A DNA stretch of 32,265 bases, taken from positions 1-32,265 of IMG/VR virus record IMGVR_UViG_3300000872_000018; one strand, written 5' to 3'. The translations under genes and the position numbers were made by a program. Source of the stretch: a virus (Duplodnaviria; Caudoviricetes). Shown piece after piece: positions 27,604 to 32,265 of the stretch. Numbering within the stretch: position 1 is the first letter of the stretch; each line of letters starts with the position of its first letter. The notes beneath the pieces were generated by a model. It was not told the DNA's origin. It saw only the letters and a program-made list of their open reading frames with translations, and did not search any database.

Positions 27604-27987
27604 TTACCACTGGTATATGAACCCCCGGAAGATCCCTCCCCGAGGAGAGAAGAACGAAAAGAAGGCGTCGATATCGTTGAACCCGTCCGCTATGGCGAGC
27701 GCTACGGTCTTATCCGGCGTCAGCAGCATGCTGTCGGCATGGACCTCGTACAGATCGCCGCCGGTGATTCGAACCGGTGTGCGGCTCTCCAGCACGGTCT
27801 GGCCCAGCTTCATGCAGAGCGCCGTCCGTTGTCCTGTGTACAGGGTGATGTGTTGGCCCGGCTTGGGGTCGCGGCCGTCGGCGCGCCGGGCCCGGATGGT
27901 CTGGCGTTTGGCCAGAGGGTGCTCGGGGCGCAGGAGGCCCAGGCGCACCCTGGGAGCAAAACGCAGCTGGAAGTTAAAAGCGGGCAT
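27604..27987 (-). CDS. ASCH-domain protein
   Basis: MPAFNFQLRFA...KRQTIR...PKPGQHITLYTGQRT...AIADGF; GGAGGGG RBS. Confidence 0.75.
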   Translation of the reverse strand: MPAFNFQLRFAPRVRLGLLRPEHPLAKRQTIRARRADGRDPKPGQHITLYTGQRTALCMKLGQTVLESRTPVRITGGDLYEVHADSMLLTPDKTVALAIADGFNDIDAFFSFFSPRGGIFRGFIYQW

Positions 27988-28188
27988 GCCTGATCCCCTC
28001 CCGCGGATCGGCCGCACCGGCCATCTCCTGCACCGGTGCGGCGCTCCTCTCCGCGATCCATGGGATGCTTTTTGTGCCACTAAATATTTTGTCCGCCCAT
28101 CGGCTTGACATACGGTTAAATTCTGTCATCTTTATAGACTGTTAATCACACCGAACTGCTTGGCTTATCTCAAAAGGGCCGTGTTGCT

Positions 28189-28563
28189 ATGCCTGTAAAT
28201 TACCTCATCGGAAATGGATATGTTGAGCTCATCCTAAGGGGTAATTTTACAGACGAGGAGTTGGAGAATGCACAAAACGCGGCTATCGCCGATCCGGCCT
28301 TCAAAGCTCCCATGAAACTTCTCGTCAATGCCCTCGAATCAACAGCAACCCCCTCTTCCGAGACAGTCCATCAGCGGGTCGGTCTGTATCTATCGTTCAA
28401 AGACAAATTCGCTCCTTACGCGGTGTTTCTATCTAGACGGGGAAGTCTGGAATTCGGGCTTTCACGTATGTTCTCGGCGATGATCGAGGAAGAAGGTGTC
28501 AAAATAGATGTCTTCTCCGACCGCGAGCAAGCGTTGAAGGCCCTTTTCGAGTACGATTCCTGA
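28189..28563 (+). CDS. STAS/SEC14 (SpoIIAA-like) domain protein, moron 2
   Basis: DPAFKAPMKLLVN, LEFGLSRMF and VFSDREQAL motifs; TTGACA at 28105-10 upstream. Confidence 0.75.
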   Translation: MPVNYLIGNGYVELILRGNFTDEELENAQNAAIADPAFKAPMKLLVNALESTATPSSETVHQRVGLYLSFKDKFAPYAVFLSRRGSLEFGLSRMFSAMIEEEGVKIDVFSDREQALKALFEYDS

Positions 28564-28585
28564 GCCCCTAAGAGCTACTCGTCCA

Positions 28586-28846
28586 TCAAGCCCTCTTTTC
28601 CCGCGCCCTGTGCTGGCTGAAGATACGCCGGTCCAGCCAGCGCTGGATAAAGATGATCTGCCCATTCTGTGCCATCACCTGATCCTGGCGGATCACCACC
28701 GGTTTGCCGGTCTCGGCGGCGATCACTTCCAGCTTGCCGCCCGGCAGGCAGCGTAGGTCCAGCACCCGCATGCTCGTCAGCGTGTGCTCAGGCGATTTCC
28801 TGGGCTGCTTCCCCTTGCGTCGCTTGTATTTTTGGCCATAGCGCAT
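28586..28846 (-). CDS. Small basic hypothetical protein
   Basis: GAGGTG RBS; lies within the early operon. Confidence 0.6.
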   Translation of the reverse strand: MRYGQKYKRRKGKQPRKSPEHTLTSMRVLDLRCLPGGKLEVIAAETGKPVVIRQDQVMAQNGQIIFIQRWLDRRIFSQHRAREKRA

Positions 28847-28855
28847 GGTTTCACC

Positions 28856-29344
28856 TCACTTCACCCCCCGCCGCACCACGTCCCTGGCCATCGCCGTCAC
28901 CCGAATCACGTCGTCCAGCTCGGCCAGCAGGGCCTCGGCCTCCTTGGGCTCCAGCTTGCCGTCGGCCATGTGCAGGCCGAAGGTTTGCAGGGCCTCGCCC
29001 ACCTCCTGGGACATCCGGCCGAACTTCTCGGCCAGCTCCGCATACTCCGGCGCAATATTGCGGGGCACTTCAAACACCACCCGGTCGAACAGCCCGCACA
29101 GGTGGTCCATAAAGCCCGCCGCCGCCCGTCTGCTTTCCGCCGGGGCCTCCTCGTCCAGGGCCAGGGCCAGCATGCGCACCGCCGTCAGCAGCCCCAGCTT
29201 GCTGGTCCCCCGCCCCGCCAGCTCGTTGTCGAAGGTGGAGTAAACCTTGCCCAGGTCCGCCGCCATGGCCTTGGTGGGGTACGGCGCCGCCACCGCCTTC
29301 ATGCGGTCCAGCAGCTCGTCGGGGTCGATGCGTCGCGCTCTCAT
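28856..29344 (-). CDS. Phage regulatory CII-like protein
   Basis: KAMAADLGKVYSTFDNEL HTH-like N-terminus and EVGEAL...ADGKLEPKEA C-terminus; GAGGAG RBS. Confidence 0.7.
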   Translation of the reverse strand: MRARRIDPDELLDRMKAVAAPYPTKAMAADLGKVYSTFDNELAGRGTSKLGLLTAVRMLALALDEEAPAESRRAAAGFMDHLCGLFDRVVFEVPRNIAPEYAELAEKFGRMSQEVGEALQTFGLHMADGKLEPKEAEALLAELDDVIRVTAMARDVVRRGVK

Positions 29345-30000
29345 GGGGTCTCCTCGTGTGAGAAATTTTGCCGGACAATCTTATTGATTTGCTTTTCCGG
29401 GGGGATATGCTGAGGCTGGCGGGATAGGGCCTCAAACCCTTTGCGGGCGGCAAGCCGCTCAAAACCGGCAAAGGCCCATTCGCGGATGCCGTCCGTCTCC
29501 CCCATGATGCGGGAGACCATCTCCGTGTCCAGCGGCCTTTCCAGCCGGTGAAACTGCACCGTCAGCGTGCGCCGGTAAACCTCCGGCGGGAGCTCTTCCA
29601 GATGAACGGATTTTTCACCCAGGAAGATGAAATTGCAGCGCGGCGTAAAATACGCCCCGTCACCGGCATTTACCGGCAGCCCCCGCAGCAGGTTCATAAA
29701 ATGCGGGCTGCCCGCCGCCGCAAAAAAGTCCGTCAGATAGGCCAGCTTCCGGCCCTTAAGCCGCCTGCGGCAGGCCGCATCGTCCAGGAAGCAGCCCCCG
29801 AAGTGGATGGCGTGCCGCTCGCCCACCAGGGCCACCAGCACTTTGATGAAAATGAATGTCTCCGCGATCGATCCCGCCAGCCCCAGCAGCCGCCCCCGGC
29901 CCGCCGTGCCCCAAATGCAGTGCCCGCAAAACGCCTGCAGCAGGCCCACCGCCGCGGGGTTGAATCCCGTCACGTTTTCCAGATAGCTGATCCATTGCAT
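29341..30000 (-). CDS. Degenerate SF3 helicase-like protein lacking Walker A
   Basis: Colinear with the ATPase domain of 25695-27326, but GSIAETF replaces GRNGKST; GGAGGGA RBS. Confidence 0.7.
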   Translation of the reverse strand: MQWISYLENVTGFNPAAVGLLQAFCGHCIWGTAGRGRLLGLAGSIAETFIFIKVLVALVGERHAIHFGGCFLDDAACRRRLKGRKLAYLTDFFAAAGSPHFMNLLRGLPVNAGDGAYFTPRCNFIFLGEKSVHLEELPPEVYRRTLTVQFHRLERPLDTEMVSRIMGETDGIREWAFAGFERLAARKGFEALSRQPQHIPPEKQINKIVRQNFSHEETP

Positions 30001-30012
30001 GGCCGTCCCTCC

Positions 30013-30219
30013 CTACAGGGCCCCGCCCTGCTTGAGATATTGCTGCCAGTCCTTTTTTTTGAAGCGCTTCATCCGCTTCTGCTCCTTGGTCTCGGGCGGC
30101 GGCGCCAGCCGGTCGATATAGGTCCGCCACGCCTGGCACCGGATCCGGATCTCTTTCTCCAGGGCGTCGATCTCCCGCCGCATCAGCTCCAGCTCCTGGG
30201 GCATCGTCTGCTTTGCCAT
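30013..30219 (-). CDS. Small coiled-coil hypothetical protein
   Basis: 68 aa; fills the gap between coupled early genes. Confidence 0.6.
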   Translation of the reverse strand: MAKQTMPQELELMRREIDALEKEIRIRCQAWRTYIDRLAPPPETKEQKRMKRFKKKDWQQYLKQGGAL

Positions 30220-30222
30220 GGC

Positions 30223-30543
30223 CTAGGCCGCCTCGGTTTCGCGGGTTGCGGTTTCCCCGGCGGGCCGCAGCACCGCCCCCGTCTTGGCCTGCAGCTCGGC
30301 CCAGCCCTCAAACAGAATTTCCGGCCGCACCTCCAGCTCCTGGGCCAGCAGGGCCTGCACCCCCAGGTTGGCCCGCCCCCCTCGGATGTGGGCCGCCACC
30401 GTGGCGCGGGTCACGCCGCAGGCCTCGGCCAGCTTGGGCTCGGTCTTGCCCGCCAGCTTGATCAGCGCCCGCCGGATGTTGGGCAGCGCGAACCCCTGGT
30501 CTCTCAGAAAAAGGACGGCGGCTTCGTTGATGGTGGTTTCCAT
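30223..30543 (-). CDS. Cro/Ner-like HTH protein
   Basis: KTEPKLAEACGVTRATVAAHIRG...LAQELEVRPEILF. Confidence 0.75.
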   Translation of the reverse strand: METTINEAAVLFLRDQGFALPNIRRALIKLAGKTEPKLAEACGVTRATVAAHIRGGRANLGVQALLAQELEVRPEILFEGWAELQAKTGAVLRPAGETATRETEAA

Positions 30544-30617
30544 TGTGAAATTGATCCTTTTCCTTGTAACGTTCGGTACGTTGTGGTACGGGTGGGTCGT
30601 TTGTCCCCTTGTACTTG

Positions 30618-30830
30618 TTAGAGAATTTCGAATTGGCAGGACGCCGCGGTCACGATGTCGCCGTTGGCCATTTTGAAATCGGTCTCGATATCCCCGGCGA
30701 TATTGGTGAATTTCTTAATGGCGACGACCTCGCCCGTTTTGATTTCCCGGTCGTAATGTTTGCGGTACCGGGCGACCTTGCCGATGCAGCTTTCGGGGCT
30801 CAGACAGGCTCCTTGTTTTTCCGTAGTCAT
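30618..30830 (-). CDS. Small hypothetical protein (70 aa)
   Basis: ATG at 30830 with GGAG RBS (MTTEKQGACL...CQFEIL); the longer upstream ORF is a shadow of the DUF2513-like gene. Confidence 0.5.
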   Translation of the reverse strand: MTTEKQGACLSPESCIGKVARYRKHYDREIKTGEVVAIKKFTNIAGDIETDFKMANGDIVTAASCQFEIL

Positions 30831-30857
30831 GATGGTCTCCAATGATGGAAGGTTGTT

Positions 30858-31217
30858 ATGGATCGGGACATGGATGCCATCCGGCAAATCCTCCTGGCCG
30901 TCGGAGAATCCGACGAGCGCGTGAATCGCGTCGAGGGCATGGACGAGGAGGTGTTCCGGTTCAACGCCATGCTTGCGATCCAGGCCGGTCTCGTGGAGGG
31001 CGGCTTCGAGCGCGCCAAAACCAGCCGGCGGCAGGCTCCGGCCGTGGCCGAGATTTTCTCGCTCACCTGGGCCGGGGCTGATTTTCTCAGCCTCGCGAAA
31101 AGCGATTCTTTTTGGCAAAAGATGAAAAAGACCATTTTGGCTACCGTTCCGGCATTGTCGTTCGATCTGCTTAAAAAATGGCTTGAGCACGAGGCCGCCA
31201 GGCATCTTGGGTTTTAA
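30858..31217 (+). CDS. DUF2513-like winged-helix protein
   Basis: MDRDMDAIRQILLAV...LTWAGADFL...FWQKMKK signature; GGAAGG RBS. Confidence 0.8.
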   Translation: MDRDMDAIRQILLAVGESDERVNRVEGMDEEVFRFNAMLAIQAGLVEGGFERAKTSRRQAPAVAEIFSLTWAGADFLSLAKSDSFWQKMKKTILATVPALSFDLLKKWLEHEAARHLGF

Positions 31218-31734
31218 ATACGCGCCTCGCTGTTGGGATCGCGGGAACGAAAAAGGCCCCGAGAAAATCATCGTTCCGAAGGCCGGGCGCGCCTTCGGGG
31301 CAGACAATGGCCTCGATCTCGCGCGCCACGTTGAGGTTCATGAAGCTGGCAAGGCGAAACAGCAGGTATTCCTGCTCGCGCCCTCTTTCGATGGCGCCTT
31401 CGGCATCGCGGATGCAGGTTCGCGCCCAGCGGGCATGGTGCCACATGATGTCGATCAGCTTTTTGCGGCTGTCCCCGGTGATCTTTGCGGGTGCCGCGCA
31501 GGCCAGTTTGCGATAAACCCAATTGCGCAGGCCGTTGCCCTGCGCGGGCTTCAGAACGCGTTCGATATCGCTGGCCGCGTTGAAATGCAGAAAGGCCGCA
31601 TGGCGGATCAGCTTGTGCTCCAAATCGCGCCCTTGGGCCTTGGCCAGGTCGGCGTTCAGGAAGCAGCGGCGCGCCATGCGGAGATACGCGCGCATGAGGG
31701 TTTTCAGTTTTTTGCGGGCGGGGCCGGTGATCAT
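31171..31734 (-). CDS. Hypothetical protein with a two-copy internal repeat
   Basis: ATG at 31734 with GGAGG RBS; ITGPARKKL...NAASDIERVL and ITGDSRKKL...NVAREIEAIV. Confidence 0.7.
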   Translation of the reverse strand: MITGPARKKLKTLMRAYLRMARRCFLNADLAKAQGRDLEHKLIRHAAFLHFNAASDIERVLKPAQGNGLRNWVYRKLACAAPAKITGDSRKKLIDIMWHHARWARTCIRDAEGAIERGREQEYLLFRLASFMNLNVAREIEAIVCPEGAPGLRNDDFLGAFFVPAIPTARRVFKTQDAWRPRAQAIF

Positions 31735-31781
31735 GATGGCCTCCAATAGGATTTTGTATTTGCGCAACTAATTTCCAAAAC

Positions 31782-31854
31782 TTCCATATGGGTAACATTT
31801 GATACTAAATTATCCGTACGGATGTTAAAGTCAAGGAAAATTATCTGTATGGAA
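31782..31854. promoter_or_regulatory. Three putative repressor operators in the divergent switch region
   Basis: TTCCATATGGGT (31782-93), ATCCGTACGGAT (31812-23, perfect palindrome) and ATCTGTATGGAA (31843-54). Leftward TTGACT-16-TAATTT promoter candidate at 31834-31807. Confidence 0.65.
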
Positions 31855-32265
31855 GGATTTTTTCGGAGATTAGAATGGCTTGTTGAACGCCATGCTAATG
31901 GTAAATATAAAAAATTCGCTGACTTGGCTGGCATACCGAGCGGGACTTTTTACAAATATAAAAATGAGCGCCTCCCCCATCCGGAACACTTATCTAAATT
32001 CCATGATGTGTTCGGCGTAAATATTGATTGGCTGATAACTGGGGAAGGAAATCCTTACATTGAAGAGGGGAAAGCCCCTCCGCTGAATTCAGCTTTATTG
32101 CGAGAGGTCATCGAGGTTGTCGAACTGGTGTTAGGCAAGCACGGGCTGGTGCTCGAGCCCCACGACAAGGCCGAGGCCGTCACCGTGCTTTATGAAATGT
32201 ATCTGGATTCGGGTAAGAAACCCGAGGAGCATACGACGGAGAGGATGTTGCGCTTGGTGGCATGA
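31849..32265 (+). CDS. XRE-family prophage repressor (no S24 autoprotease domain)
   Basis: KKFADLAGIPSGTFYKY...FGVNIDWLITGEG HTH; divergent from the early operon; short helical C-terminus. Confidence 0.85.
   Translation: MEGFFRRLEWLVERHANGKYKKFADLAGIPSGTFYKYKNERLPHPEHLSKFHDVFGVNIDWLITGEGNPYIEEGKAPPLNSALLREVIEVVELVLGKHGLVLEPHDKAEAVTVLYEMYLDSGKKPEEHTTERMLRLVA

Larger units (their letters stand above)
1..32265. mobile_element. Prophage (lambda-type head, non-contractile tail, P4-type replication); boundaries not visible
   Basis: Ordered repressor, replication, terminase, portal, protease, capsid, tail and holin-like genes, nearly all on the minus strand with coupled stop/start codons. No sheath gene, integrase or att site was seen. 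Confidence 0.95.

Noticed and set aside
27323-27610. 95-aa minus-strand ORF between the ASCH and helicase genes
   Set aside because: It overlaps both neighbours plausibly but has a GTG start without a clear RBS and an atypical, low-information sequence; left uncalled.
30566-30599. GGTACG repeats at 10-bp spacing upstream of the Cro-like gene
   Set aside because: Only two exact 6-mers; too weak to call a binding site.

Overview
The whole window is one temperate, siphovirus-like prophage with high GC in its core genes. From right to left it reads: an XRE repressor (+) and divergent early genes; a split replication module (P4/D5-type SF3 helicase, iteron-rich origin, CHC2-TOPRIM primase); lambda-type packaging and head genes (putative small terminase, GpA terminase, gpW, portal, S49 protease/scaffold, cement, capsid); a non-contractile tail (tube, chaperone with a probable -1 frameshift, TP901-type tape measure, Cys-rich hub, SPRY-domain protein); and holin-like genes. 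No integrase, att site or recognisable endolysin is visible. Several accessory genes lie on the opposite strand, including two STAS/SpoIIAA-like genes and a DUF2513-like gene. The standout is a secreted DUF1566-like PEP-CTERM gene (19531-20187). It has one in-frame TGA in a Cys-Gly-TGA motif, followed by a SECIS-like hairpin, so it is a candidate prophage-borne, surface-anchored selenoprotein. A Sec-using, exosortase-bearing host such as Desulfobacterota is inferred, not shown. All family assignments come from motif recognition by eye; no database searches were run.
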